A stretch of 64,000 nt of DNA from Pseudomonadota bacterium (lineage in GTDB: Bacteria > UBA10199 > 2-02-FULL-44-16 > DYJF01): assembly GCA_043823065.1 (NCBI GenBank), contig JBDRBB010000006.1, positions 140,359 through 204,358 of the forward strand, written 5' to 3'. The position numbers and the translations under genes were made by a program. Below the pieces are notes generated by a model, which worked only from the letters and a program-made list of their open reading frames with translations, ran no database searches and was not told the origin of the DNA. Shown here piece after piece: positions 1 through 8,952 of the stretch. The first letter of the stretch is position 1, and each line of letters starts with the position of its first letter.

Positions 1-147
1 TTAGCTATTGCTGCTTATAATGCTGGGCCAGGTGCGGTTAGAAAACACGGGGAAGTACCACCTTATAAAGAAACCCAGCGTTATGTGGTAAAAGTTCTAA
101 AATATACCAAAGAATTTAAAGAACATTTTATCAATTCTGAAGCTTAA
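1..147 (+). CDS. Lytic transglycosylase (SLT domain), C-terminal fragment
   Basis: Frame 1 reads [32 protein letters not shown]...*. AYNAG and ETxxYV are SLT motifs; 5' end lies outside the window. Confidence 0.85.
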   Translation, partial: LAIAAYNAGPGAVRKHGEVPPYKETQRYVVKVLKYTKEFKEHFINSEA

Positions 148-148
148 T

Positions 149-180
149 AAAAAAGCCTCTGTCAATGACAGAGGCTTTTT
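149..180. terminator. Bidirectional intrinsic terminator
   Basis: AAAAAAGCCTCTGTCA-A-TGACAGAGGCTTTTT hairpin between convergent genes. Confidence 0.85.
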
Positions 181-197
181 GTATTAAACTTGCTAAG

Positions 198-506
198 TTA
201 CCTACGCCACATCATAGAACTAGTCCAAACTATATTACGATCATTACCTGTGCAGGCACATTCACCAGTTCCATAATCATAGGTATAGGAATCATAATTT
301 TGACAACTATTACTGCATACTAAATCTCCCCACACACTACCTTCATTTTCAGCATTTCCACCATGCCACCATTCGCTTAACCACGATACTAATGGCTCTA
401 AAACATCTGAGGTGTCTTGGCACTGTAAATATTCACCATGATAGATATTTCGGTAACAATCTGAGTTGGTAGTCATAGTGTAAACTGTTTCTCCTGCTGC
501 TTTCAT
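198..506 (-). CDS. Hypothetical Cys/Trp-rich small protein
   Basis: 102-aa ORF with an AAGGAGA RBS and six Cys; no recognised family. Confidence 0.55.
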   Translation of the reverse strand: MKAAGETVYTMTTNSDCYRNIYHGEYLQCQDTSDVLEPLVSWLSEWWHGGNAENEGSVWGDLVCSNSCQNYDSYTYDYGTGECACTGNDRNIVWTSSMMWRR

Positions 507-639
507 ATTATTCTCCTTTAAGATATGGCTTCTATTGAGTTATAGAATTATAAACTATACAAAATAGCTGCCTAGTTAGTTAAAAATTTTTATTTAATTG
601 TCGTGAATTCTATTTTTGAATTCTAAATTAGGGGCGCCA

Positions 640-753
640 TTAGGCGCAAATAAATATGAGGCCTCTAAGGAGGAGGCTAATAAAGATGGGGGTAATGCTT
701 GAGGTACTTACTTTTCCTGCTGCCGAGTGTGTTCCTGGATCATAGTTCTTCAT
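640..753 (-). CDS. Possible 37-aa small protein
   Basis: AAAGGAG RBS then MKNYDPGTHSAAGKVSTSSITPIFISLLLRGLIFICA*. Hydrophobic C-terminus; below the ORF-track cutoff. Confidence 0.3.
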   Translation of the reverse strand: MKNYDPGTHSAAGKVSTSSITPIFISLLLRGLIFICA

Positions 754-822
754 CGTTCTAATTCTCCTTTCTTAAGCAACCTAGCACCATTACTAGGTTT
801 GCCATTGATTAATGTTTTCACC

Positions 823-850
823 GTTATCAAAAAAAACTTAAAAATGTCAA
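823..850 (-). promoter_or_regulatory. Putative sigma-70 promoter for the small ORFs
   Basis: Minus strand TTGACA-N16-GATAAC. Confidence 0.4.
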
Positions 851-907
851 GAAAATCTTTTCAATACCATTTACAATTGGACTGCCTGCAATACCAATGA
901 TTTTCAT
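827..907 (-). pseudogene. 5' remnant of a flavodoxin-family / NADPH-FMN reductase gene
   Basis: AAGGAG RBS overlapping the hipA stop, then MKIIGIAGSPIVNG, resembling the family start MKI.GI.GSPR.NG; stops after 26 codons. Confidence 0.45.
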
Positions 908-918
908 AAAAAAACTCC

Positions 919-1857
919 TTATTTATTCTGTTCAAACAAAACTTTTTGTCGCTTAGCTAAAACAGACAAATATTTTGTCTTCATTGCTGGGGAAAGATAA
1001 CTACTTTCTATCAACTTGTTCCACTTAGGAATGACCTTTTCAATTTGTTTCATAATTTCAAAGATAATCTCTTCGTTTAATTCAAGTCTTTGCCTAGCAT
1101 AATATATTAAGAAATCATCTCTGGTTAAGTTAGTTTTTTTACCATGCAAAGGCAGAGCAAGTTCTTCGCGTGGATTGGCTAAAGCTATTGTTGAATTAAC
1201 AAAATCATATGCTGGCGCTAGTTTACTAACTTCATCAATTGTAATTAAAGAAAAATTTTTCAAATGCATATCTTCATTGCCAATCAGATAATTAAAAATA
1301 GTTCTCTTAAATAATTCGGCAAATTCAATCCTTGGAAATGAACAATATCTTTTAATAAGCTCAGCAACTTTTTCCATAGAACTATTATATTTTGTTTCTC
1401 GCAACTCTCCTGCTAGCTGCGCAAAGTCCTCAACCGCAACTTTTCCCTTTCTACCCTTTCTGTCAAAGCGACGAATAAAATAGGTAAAACTACCATCTTT
1501 TGAATAAACAAGCCCATGAACTGGAGTTTCAATATCAATCATTTCAGCAAGTGACATGGTCAAAGATTCATTTTCCGGAACCTCTGGAAAATCGCACTGG
1601 GGTTTAAGTATATATTGGCCATTTCTATCTACTATTTCAAATCTACCTTCTTTGATTTTTAACACAGCACTGAGTTTTGGTTGTAAGCCTTGAATTGACA
1701 TCTTACCTGCACGCGCCCCAGCTTCTATTCGTTGTTCCTGAGCAGTTAGCGGAAGCTCTTTCAAATTATCAAGATTACGCGCCAACAAATGTAGTCCTCG
1801 CTTGGAATATCTAACATTATTCTCAATTGGCTCCATGGTTATTGGGCAGCGTTTCAT
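919..1857 (-). CDS. hipA: HipA-family Ser/Thr kinase toxin lacking the N-terminal domain (HipT-like)
   Basis: Motifs SIQGLQPK, RFDR, EDFAQ, GNEDMHLKNFS, LAPAYD. Confidence 0.92.
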   Translation of the reverse strand: MKRCPITMEPIENNVRYSKRGLHLLARNLDNLKELPLTAQEQRIEAGARAGKMSIQGLQPKLSAVLKIKEGRFEIVDRNGQYILKPQCDFPEVPENESLTMSLAEMIDIETPVHGLVYSKDGSFTYFIRRFDRKGRKGKVAVEDFAQLAGELRETKYNSSMEKVAELIKRYCSFPRIEFAELFKRTIFNYLIGNEDMHLKNFSLITIDEVSKLAPAYDFVNSTIALANPREELALPLHGKKTNLTRDDFLIYYARQRLELNEEIIFEIMKQIEKVIPKWNKLIESSYLSPAMKTKYLSVLAKRQKVLFEQNK

Positions 1858-2162
1858 TCGATCTCCTTAACTGTTACTGCACCAACTAAATCAGCGCCAA
1901 CTGTTACCATCTGAGTAAAATAATCATACCTATCTATTTTGTAATTCTTTAACAAAGCTTCCAGCTCAAAACCCTCTGGCAGCAACCCATCAAAAAAAGG
2001 AGGAAATTTATTAAACTCATATACATTTTTATCTTTGGGCATAGTTAAAGAAATTGGCTCTCCCTGATAGTCTTGGTCATAACTAAAACTAAACGTGGCA
2101 TCATCTTTTTCCACCAAGATACCAGCTTGTTCCCCATTAACAAAAACTAGAGCCTTTTTCAT
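1854..2162 (-). CDS. HipA N-terminal (couple) domain protein, HipS-like
   Basis: AGIL...FSFSYD...ISLTMP...PFFDGLLPEG...D(L)VGAV pattern; overlaps the kinase start. Confidence 0.88.
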   Translation of the reverse strand: MKKALVFVNGEQAGILVEKDDATFSFSYDQDYQGEPISLTMPKDKNVYEFNKFPPFFDGLLPEGFELEALLKNYKIDRYDYFTQMVTVGADLVGAVTVKEIE

Positions 2163-2392
2163 TATTCACTCCTTTTTGATTCTTGATTATTAATGAGAGG
2201 ACTAACCAATTTTATTTCTATGTTTAAAATTTTAAAAACTTTTTGCAGGGTATTCAAGCGAACAGTTGTTTTACCATTTTCAATATCAAAGATAACGGTC
2301 TTACCTACTTCAGCAAGCTTAGCTAGTTCTTTTTGGGATAAGCCGCTTTTTCGGCGATGATATTTAACTGTCTCAGCTATATTTGTATTCAT
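2162..2392 (-). CDS. hipB: HipB-like XRE HTH regulator
   Basis: RKSGLSQKELAKLAEVGKTVIFDIENGK HTH. Start reassigned to ATG 2392 because the longer ORF runs through the operator. Confidence 0.88.
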   Translation of the reverse strand: MNTNIAETVKYHRRKSGLSQKELAKLAEVGKTVIFDIENGKTTVRLNTLQKVFKILNIEIKLVSPLINNQESKRSE

Positions 2393-2409
2393 GTTTATTA
2401 ATCCATAAT

Positions 2410-2568
2410 TACCGCTATAACGGTAAAATTTAGCATTCAATTATTATTTTAAGCTATTTTTAGCGAATATACAATCTTTTTTACTGCTATAACAGTATTT
2501 TATGCTTAAAATTATTTATTTATCATTAATTTTCGATAAAAAACTACATTTTTACCGCTATAGCAGTA
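2410..2568. promoter_or_regulatory. Three palindromic operators, TACYGCTATARCRGTA
   Basis: Copies at 2410-2425, 2482-2497 and 2553-2568 (71-72 bp spacing) upstream of hipB. Confidence 0.75.
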
Positions 2569-2600
2569 TTTTTTATAAACATATCATGATAGAATTATTA

Positions 2601-2627
2601 GCAACCTTTGCCAAAAATTGCCGATAA
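2601..2627 (+). promoter_or_regulatory. Sigma-28-like promoter motif, copy 1
   Basis: GCAACCTT-TGCCAAAAATT-GCCGATAA; ATG 7 nt downstream. Confidence 0.8.
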
Positions 2628-2634
2628 TCTAAAT

Positions 2635-5166
2635 ATGGGAGACGGACAAGTTACCAGATTTGCCTTAATTATTAATGGCGACACTGAAGATAGGCATAGA
2701 GAAAATGTTGATCTAGCTATTAATGTCTTAAATTCCGATAATACTGACCAAGATTATCAAATCTTTGTTGCCAGTACGCACGAACAACAACCTGAAAACA
2801 TAGATCGCTTTCTTGCTCCAACTGAAGCTAATATTTCCATTTTAATCCAAGAAATAGAAAATCAGATGGACGACGATGACGAGCTAGTTATCTACATCAC
2901 AGGCCATGGTGATCAAGATGGAAGAGTTTGCCTGCCCAGTGGATGCAATTCTACACTGCTTAATAGAATTTTGGACATGGGCGTCAGAGAAAATGCAGAA
3001 CCAAATTATGGCCAACGCACAATCATTATGGATCAATGTTATGGTGGAAATTGGCGCAATATTTTTCTAGATGACCCACGCACTTTATTTATTGCTGCTG
3101 GCCAAGCTGGTGATCAAACTTGTTGTAATAATTTTGCCCCCTATTTCTGGGCAGCTAATGTAGATGATCAAAATAACGATGGACTTATAAGCTGGCAGGA
3201 ACGATATGCCCACGTACACAATGCTGGGGGTGATTTAACTGCAGCCCAATTTCTAAGTTCAGCAAATTACATCCAACCTGGCCAAGCACCTTTTGAAACA
3301 AACCTTGTTCACCTAAGAGAAAACATGGAGCTTCCTGGAGCAAGAAGACAAGAACAAATGGAAGCTGAACTAAATGTTCAGCTAAGTCAACTTCAACCAG
3401 GTCAATATGCAATAGTTGCTTTTTCTCTTTCTGATGGTAGTTGCGAAGGTTGCACTGACTTTGAACCTCAATTGCAAGAACAGGTCAACCAAGCCCACGG
3501 GCAATACTTATTTATCCAATATGATAGCTGGGAAACACCAGAACGTTTTTCAGAGTATGCTAATGTTAGACCAATGCTTGCCGCAGTGGACTATCAAGGG
3601 AATATTTACCCTATATTAGATAGAACAAACATAATTGCTGAAATGAGCAACTGGTCTCTTTCCTTTGAACAACGTTGGGACTTAGCGCTTAGGGATTTGA
3701 ACAGCAATAATATTGATAATTGTATAACTGGTCTGAGTCAAATTTTATACTTAGCAGAAAAGCGTGAATTTAGACAGTTTATTAACACCGAACAACATTT
3801 AAGCTTGCTCAGACAGATTAGAAACTTTTTTCAACATGAAGATGGAGAGATTGGCCGAAGGGCTATTATTACTTATACTAATTTGTTTGAACTGCTTGAG
3901 CCTTCTCCTAGAAGAACCTTGGAACTTGTGCAAGCAGCTTCACTTATAGCTCAAATAAGTAGAGATAGATCATTAAATCAAGCCACCGGCATGATAGCAT
4001 CCTCATATTTTCTTTCAATTTTCAATAATCGCACTATCAGAAATGAATTAAGCAGCATGGATAGGTTGATTGACCACCCTAACCCTAATATACGTGAAGC
4101 CGTGGCTTGGGCCTACCCCTTTTTGGTTAATGGATTACCTTTTACTTCTTTACGAACTCCCTATGCTAGAAGAATGCGCCGTGAATTTAACCAAGCCGAT
4201 GAAGCAGGTCTCATAACCAGACTTCTAATTTATAGCAGAATTGATTTTAGTAGCACTATTGAAAGCCATCAAGGGGCACCAATACTTCGAAGTTATATAA
4301 GACATAGCAATCCAGAAGTGAACAATGCAGCAATTAAAGCTTATGCTCAAAGAATTTCTTCTATTAGAAATGAAAATGAAAGAAGAATGGGAATACGTGC
4401 TTTGATGAGTTCACTACAACAACCTAATCCAAATCGTTCTGTTCAAGCAACCCTATCAGCTTTTCAGGGTTTATCTAATCTGCGTAGTGAAATGACTAAT
4501 CGAGATTTAGTAGAATATCTGGGCAGGCTAGTTACATTCATGAACTCCAATCAAGTTAACAGCCTTGATTATGATGAACTAGCTTATTATCGACTAAGAA
4601 CTGCAATAATGGAAATTGAAGGACGAAATATTCCTCCATCTAGAACTCTATCAATTATTTTTCGCCGGGCAATACAAACACTAGAGAGTTATTCATTTGA
4701 GCATGTGAGTGAAGAGCGAGAACAATTCTTTTATTCTGAGACGTATGAAGATGCTTTATCATATTATATTAACCATCTAATATCCTCACCTGAAGAGGCA
4801 ATAAGAGCTAATAGTTTTTTTATGGAAGAAATTTCACAACATTCCTTCTCAGGACAACTCTTGGAATTTATTCCACAGATTTACGCTTCATTTATAGAAC
4901 AACACGGAGATATCCCTGAAATTAGAGATAGACTTGAGCGAACTATTGGTATCTTATCTTATGGTTTATTATATCCAAATACGCGTCCAAGATTTGTCCT
5001 TTCGCCTAACTGTTTTGCCAGGCTACTTATCCAGTTAGAAGATGATCGTTTAACACTTTTTTTAATAAACCTTATTCGAACAGATGTTGCAGAGACACGT
5101 GAAACTCTTGCTGAGTTAAACACACTTGCTCCTCAAAGAATTCAAAGGTTAGTAAATAATTTATAA
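2635..5166 (+). CDS. Clan CD (caspase/legumain-like) peptidase with EF-hand, thioredoxin-like and helical-repeat regions
   Basis: IYITGHG and IMDQCYGG His/Cys dyad motifs; DQNNDGLISWQE EF-hand; CEGC; HEAT-like H.NP..R.A repeats. Start set at ATG 2635, after the promoter motif. Confidence 0.7.
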   Translation: MGDGQVTRFALIINGDTEDRHRENVDLAINVLNSDNTDQDYQIFVASTHEQQPENIDRFLAPTEANISILIQEIENQMDDDDELVIYITGHGDQDGRVCLPSGCNSTLLNRILDMGVRENAEPNYGQRTIIMDQCYGGNWRNIFLDDPRTLFIAAGQAGDQTCCNNFAPYFWAANVDDQNNDGLISWQERYAHVHNAGGDLTAAQFLSSANYIQPGQAPFETNLVHLRENMELPGARRQEQMEAELNVQLSQLQPGQYAIVAFSLSDGSCEGCTDFEPQLQEQVNQAHGQYLFIQYDSWETPERFSEYANVRPMLAAVDYQGNIYPILDRTNIIAEMSNWSLSFEQRWDLALRDLNSNNIDNCITGLSQILYLAEKREFRQFINTEQHLSLLRQIRNFFQHEDGEIGRRAIITYTNLFELLEPSPRRTLELVQAASLIAQISRDRSLNQATGMIASSYFLSIFNNRTIRNELSSMDRLIDHPNPNIREAVAWAYPFLVNGLPFTSLRTPYARRMRREFNQADEAGLITRLLIYSRIDFSSTIESHQGAPILRSYIRHSNPEVNNAAIKAYAQRISSIRNENERRMGIRALMSSLQQPNPNRSVQATLSAFQGLSNLRSEMTNRDLVEYLGRLVTFMNSNQVNSLDYDELAYYRLRTAIMEIEGRNIPPSRTLSIIFRRAIQTLESYSFEHVSEEREQFFYSETYEDALSYYINHLISSPEEAIRANSFFMEEISQHSFSGQLLEFIPQIYASFIEQHGDIPEIRDRLERTIGILSYGLLYPNTRPRFVLSPNCFARLLIQLEDDRLTLFLINLIRTDVAETRETLAELNTLAPQRIQRLVNNL

Positions 5167-5210
5167 TAACCAATTCCACCCCCGCAGTAGAACAGGTTTA
5201 CTCTTGCTAT

Positions 5211-5240
5211 CCAAACACCTGGGCGAAAAACATTTCAATT
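5211..5240 (-). repeat. Duplicate of the amrA 3' end
   Basis: 28/30 identical to 8301-8330. Confidence 0.85.
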
Positions 5241-5252
5241 CTAAATTACTCC

Positions 5253-5924
5253 TTATTCAAACACTTGAAAATTTTCAAATTCTTCTTTTACTAAAATTGC
5301 TCTAACAACTTTTTGTTCTGCTTTACTTAAATATTTATAGGCTGCTGAAAGATCTTGAAAATCTTTTTTTTCAATTAGCGCTTCCAAAAGGGATATTGCT
5401 GATTGTTTATCCTTATCTGCTTTAGCAACCTGCTTACGCTTGGAAGCTGCAATTACTTTTTGCAGGCAACAATCAGCTGGGTGAGGAAGTTTAACTTTAA
5501 TTCCTGCCACATTTACCTGGATTGGGTCACGCCAAAGCATAGATAAATGGCGTAATGGTTGAGCATTGAAATGTAGCTGTTTTAAGGGAAAAGGTTTATC
5601 TTTAGATCTACCAATCTCAGGGACTAAAAATTCAAGCATCAGCTCTTCGCTTTCCAACTTCATGTATCCTTTACCAAAAAATTCAATTTCAAATCCTAAC
5701 GAAGACAATAGTTTTTCTAGATCAACTTCCTTAGGAAATTTTGGCCTAGCTGGAACAAGAAAATCTATGTCTCGAGTTTTAATTCTTGGATAATAATTTA
5801 TCCCTTTAAAATAATCTTTATAGAAATATATGCACCAACTTCCAATCAGCAAAACCTGGCTAAGAATGCCCTCTTTTTCCAATTTTTTTAGAATTTCTAC
5901 AACTAATTTATTCTGTCTTTCCAC
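5253..5924 (-). CDS. GSU2403-like nucleotidyltransferase-fold protein
   Basis: LIGSWC...Y...KTRDIDFLVP and a C-terminal KxxKD pattern typical of AbiEii-like NTases. Confidence 0.75.
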   Translation of the reverse strand: MERQNKLVVEILKKLEKEGILSQVLLIGSWCIYFYKDYFKGINYYPRIKTRDIDFLVPARPKFPKEVDLEKLLSSLGFEIEFFGKGYMKLESEELMLEFLVPEIGRSKDKPFPLKQLHFNAQPLRHLSMLWRDPIQVNVAGIKVKLPHPADCCLQKVIAASKRKQVAKADKDKQSAISLLEALIEKKDFQDLSAAYKYLSKAEQKVVRAILVKEEFENFQVFE

Positions 5925-6222
5925 GCAAAGCCCTTTCTAAAACTTTCTTCTGAGCTCTAATGCTTTTTAGTTTTTCTTTGAGTTTTTTTCGTTTTGCCAC
6001 AAGCGATTTATAATAAGCAATATCCTCGTCCGTAACAGCACCTATATATCGCTGTTTTACCTTACCCACTTCACGATAAGTAAAATACCCATATTTTCTA
6101 TCTCTAATTTTTCGGACAATAAAGCTACCTTGAGGAAATTCAGTTAGCTCTTGGGAATATTTCTTTTCCAAGCGCTTAACTGTGGCTAATTCTTCCTTTA
6201 ATGTTGATAATAATATATTCAT
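5908..6222 (-). CDS. Small basic partner protein (putative DNA-binding antitoxin)
   Basis: FPQGSFIVRKIRDRKYGYFTYREVGKVKQRYIG plus a coiled coil; overlaps the NTase start; start reassigned to ATG 6222. Confidence 0.7.
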   Translation of the reverse strand: MNILLSTLKEELATVKRLEKKYSQELTEFPQGSFIVRKIRDRKYGYFTYREVGKVKQRYIGAVTDEDIAYYKSLVAKRKKLKEKLKSIRAQKKVLERALRGKTE

Positions 6223-6328
6223 TACACTACATTTATTTGTTTTTACTTTTTGTAGTGTAATGAAATTTAACCAATGAGTCAATTAAAATTACACTACAAT
6301 TTTATAAAACAGCCATTTGTAGTATAAC
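6221..6328. promoter_or_regulatory. Two inverted-repeat operators, ATTACACTACA-N19-TGTAGTGTAAT
   Basis: Pairs at 6221-6231/6251-6261 and 6288-6298/6318-6328. Confidence 0.7.
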
Positions 6329-6407
6329 CAAAAACTATCAAATCTGGAGTTCTTTCGCCTTTAGGACTCAGGATTGCCCTGAAAATGCAAAAATTTACAT
6401 TTTCATA

Positions 6408-6434
6408 GCAACTTTCGCCCCAAATTGCCGATAA
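6408..6434 (+). promoter_or_regulatory. Sigma-28-like promoter motif, copy 2
   Basis: GCAACTTT-CGCCCCAAATT-GCCGATAA; ATG 10 nt downstream. Confidence 0.8.
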
Positions 6435-6444
6435 TTAAGATGCT

Positions 6445-8277
6445 ATGTCACCACCTATTAGAGGGACAAATTGGATAAGAGAGGCTTTGGCTAATCACTT
6501 TCAAGATGCCAAAATTAATGATTATATTGATCTTAATAATGATGGCAGGATTGATCCGAATGAATGTACTGATCTTAATAATGACAATCGGGTAAGTCTT
6601 GCTGAATGGCGAAATTTTATAGATATTAATAAAAATTCACTTCAAAATATTGGTTTTTTCCGTTTTTATTTTCAATGGCATGAACACTTTAGTTTAGGCA
6701 ATCCCATTCATGATATTTTAGCTATTGAATATGCAAGTGGAGAAGCTACTCCAGAACAGCTAAATCACGCTTACCAAACTTTAGCCAGAGTTCTTCAAGC
6801 AGCGAGAAGAAGAATTGATGGAAACAATCTATCACCCCAAAACAGATTAAAAGCTATTTATGATGTTATAACCGAGGTTGGTCTTAGTTATCATGGTGAT
6901 GCTAATAACGGACTTCTTATTCAAAATATACGCCAAGGCACACTCGATTGTGACACCTCAAGCTTCATTGTCTTGGCCTTGGCTCGTGAATATAATTGGC
7001 CAGTACACCTGGTACATGTGCCAGAACACATCTTTGTGCGTTGGGATGATGGCCATGGAATAAGATTTAATATTGATCGACAAGAAATTCATTCTGATCA
7101 ATATTATATTGAAGAGTTTGAAATTAATCGCCAAGCTATAAATAATAGAGCATATTTACAAAATTATACCTATGCTAATCTGCTTGGACTTGTTTACCAA
7201 AATGCAGCAAATGAAACACAAGATCCTAGTTTAGGAAATGAATTTTTGCGTCAAGCTATAGCACTAAACCCACATTGCCCTACAGTTCATTCAGACTTAG
7301 CCCTGAGACTGGGCGGAACAAGTGAAGCACTTGAGCAGGCCAGAATAGCAACCAACCTTGATCCAGAAGAACCTTTAGCCCTTAGAGCGATTGCTTTTGT
7401 AACTTTTCACTCTAACACTGGTGCGCCTATAAATGATTTTTTTCCCTATTATCAACAGGCAATTGAATTAGAACAAAACCGCCTGCAAGTATTAGGATAT
7501 TCTAGAAGAAGATATCGCCAATTAGCCAGTCTTTATCATGCTATAGCTGATGATCTTGCTCACAGAACATACCTGCAGCGATTAGAAAGAAGATATGGCT
7601 TTGATGCGTTTGAGCATTATTCTGCTGATGATATTCAAGACACACAAGCATCTGGAGAATATCGCCAGCGAGCTAGACGCTTACTACGAATAAATGAACT
7701 ATATACTCAAGGTCTAGAAAATTTTGAAAATGGCAAAAATGAAGAAGCGTTGCAAAGTTTTCAAGAGGCTAGACGACTTGATCCAGATAATCAAGATATC
7801 CTCTTTATAATTGGTAGAGCCAATTTTCGACTCAGACATTTTGCTATAGCCAACCGATATTTTGACATTTATATTGCGCAAAATCCAAATCACTTGTGGG
7901 CAAGAGAGTTACGAGGTCTAGCTTATATTGAGCAAGGTCAATATGCTTATGGTCGCCGCGATCTAGAATTTGTACGTGCTAGACACCCAGAATATGAATA
8001 TATAGATTACAATATAAGCCGTGCCTTCTTTGGAGAAAGAAATGTTTCAGCAGCTATCGCTTGTTTACATAATGCCTTAGAACATGATCCTGATAATTTT
8101 TGGGTCTATCATCGATTGGGATTAATATATTTTAGACAAGGCCAAGATGAACTAGCAGTGGAGAATTTTCAAAGATTTTCAGAACTACAAACAGCTCATA
8201 GGGCAAGAGCAAGAGCTGAAAATAATAATGAAACCATTGCACGCAACCGACCCTTACCTTTTAGATTCATAGACTAA
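6445..8277 (+). CDS. EF-hand + transglutaminase-like (Cys-His-Asp) + TPR protein
   Basis: EF-hand-like loops DLNNDGRIDPNE and DLNNDNRVSLAE; LDCDTSS...PEHIFVRW...FNID triad; multiple TPRs. Confidence 0.75.
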   Translation: MSPPIRGTNWIREALANHFQDAKINDYIDLNNDGRIDPNECTDLNNDNRVSLAEWRNFIDINKNSLQNIGFFRFYFQWHEHFSLGNPIHDILAIEYASGEATPEQLNHAYQTLARVLQAARRRIDGNNLSPQNRLKAIYDVITEVGLSYHGDANNGLLIQNIRQGTLDCDTSSFIVLALAREYNWPVHLVHVPEHIFVRWDDGHGIRFNIDRQEIHSDQYYIEEFEINRQAINNRAYLQNYTYANLLGLVYQNAANETQDPSLGNEFLRQAIALNPHCPTVHSDLALRLGGTSEALEQARIATNLDPEEPLALRAIAFVTFHSNTGAPINDFFPYYQQAIELEQNRLQVLGYSRRRYRQLASLYHAIADDLAHRTYLQRLERRYGFDAFEHYSADDIQDTQASGEYRQRARRLLRINELYTQGLENFENGKNEEALQSFQEARRLDPDNQDILFIIGRANFRLRHFAIANRYFDIYIAQNPNHLWARELRGLAYIEQGQYAYGRRDLEFVRARHPEYEYIDYNISRAFFGERNVSAAIACLHNALEHDPDNFWVYHRLGLIYFRQGQDELAVENFQRFSELQTAHRARARAENNNETIARNRPLPFRFID

Positions 8278-8293
8278 TTGTATAGGTTCAGCT

Positions 8294-8842
8294 TTACTCC
8301 CCAAACACCTGGGCGGAAAAGATTTCAATTTTGGTTTTTGGATCTTGCCAGGCATTTTCAGGCAAAGATGCTTTAAGGCAAGTGTGTCTAAGAAATGTAA
8401 TTAGGTCCCAACCATATTCAGTGGCTACTTGCGGCAAGAGCACGCCAGAATGAACCCCTCGGCTCATGAGTATTCCATGCCTACCTACTTCAATTTGATT
8501 TACATCTCTGATCTCTTGCAAAGGAGATAGAACTGAAATTTCAATATCAATCTGATTTAGCTCAACAGTAGAAACAGGTGGAAACCTAGGGTCACCAGTT
8601 GAAGCAGCAATGGCCATCTCTTGAATAGTTTCTACTAAAGGCGCTCTGCCTATCATATTACCAATACAACCTCTGAGCTGCCCGCTTTTATGAATAGTAA
8701 CAAATGCCCCTCGCAACTCACCCAACACTCCTTTCGCCTCTGGCAAGGGAGGTCTAGTCTGTTTGGTCACCCATTGGATAATTGTATCTCTGGCTAGCTG
8801 CAATAAGACTTGTTGTTCTTGCTGAGTAAGTTCTTTAGACAT
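8294..8842 (-). CDS. amrA: AmmeMemoRadiSam system protein A (AMMECR1 family)
   Basis: GAFVT...LRGCIG, DPRFPP, EISVLS, LLPQVA motifs. Confidence 0.92.
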   Translation of the reverse strand: MSKELTQQEQQVLLQLARDTIIQWVTKQTRPPLPEAKGVLGELRGAFVTIHKSGQLRGCIGNMIGRAPLVETIQEMAIAASTGDPRFPPVSTVELNQIDIEISVLSPLQEIRDVNQIEVGRHGILMSRGVHSGVLLPQVATEYGWDLITFLRHTCLKASLPENAWQDPKTKIEIFSAQVFGE

Positions 8843-8860
8843 GTTTACCCCCCGCGACAA

Positions 8861-8905
8861 TTGACCTATAGTCTATAGTCTATAGTCTATAGTCAATGGT
8901 CTATA
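8861..8905. repeat. Heptamer tandem repeat (TATAGTC)x4
   Basis: Seen directly; a related degenerate tract lies at 36741-36780. Confidence 0.8.
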
Positions 8906-8952
8906 ATAATATTTGATTTCCCTTTTCCTATCTGCTAGGAACTGGCCATCTT

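Noticed and set aside
776..803. c-di-GMP-I riboswitch (GGCAAA start, minus strand)
   Set aside because: Lacks the GNRA loop, the second GCAAA and the second stem.
2410..2568. Mini CRISPR array (three spaced repeats)
   Set aside because: 16-bp palindromes with ~55-bp AT-rich gaps and no cas genes; fits HipB-type operators.
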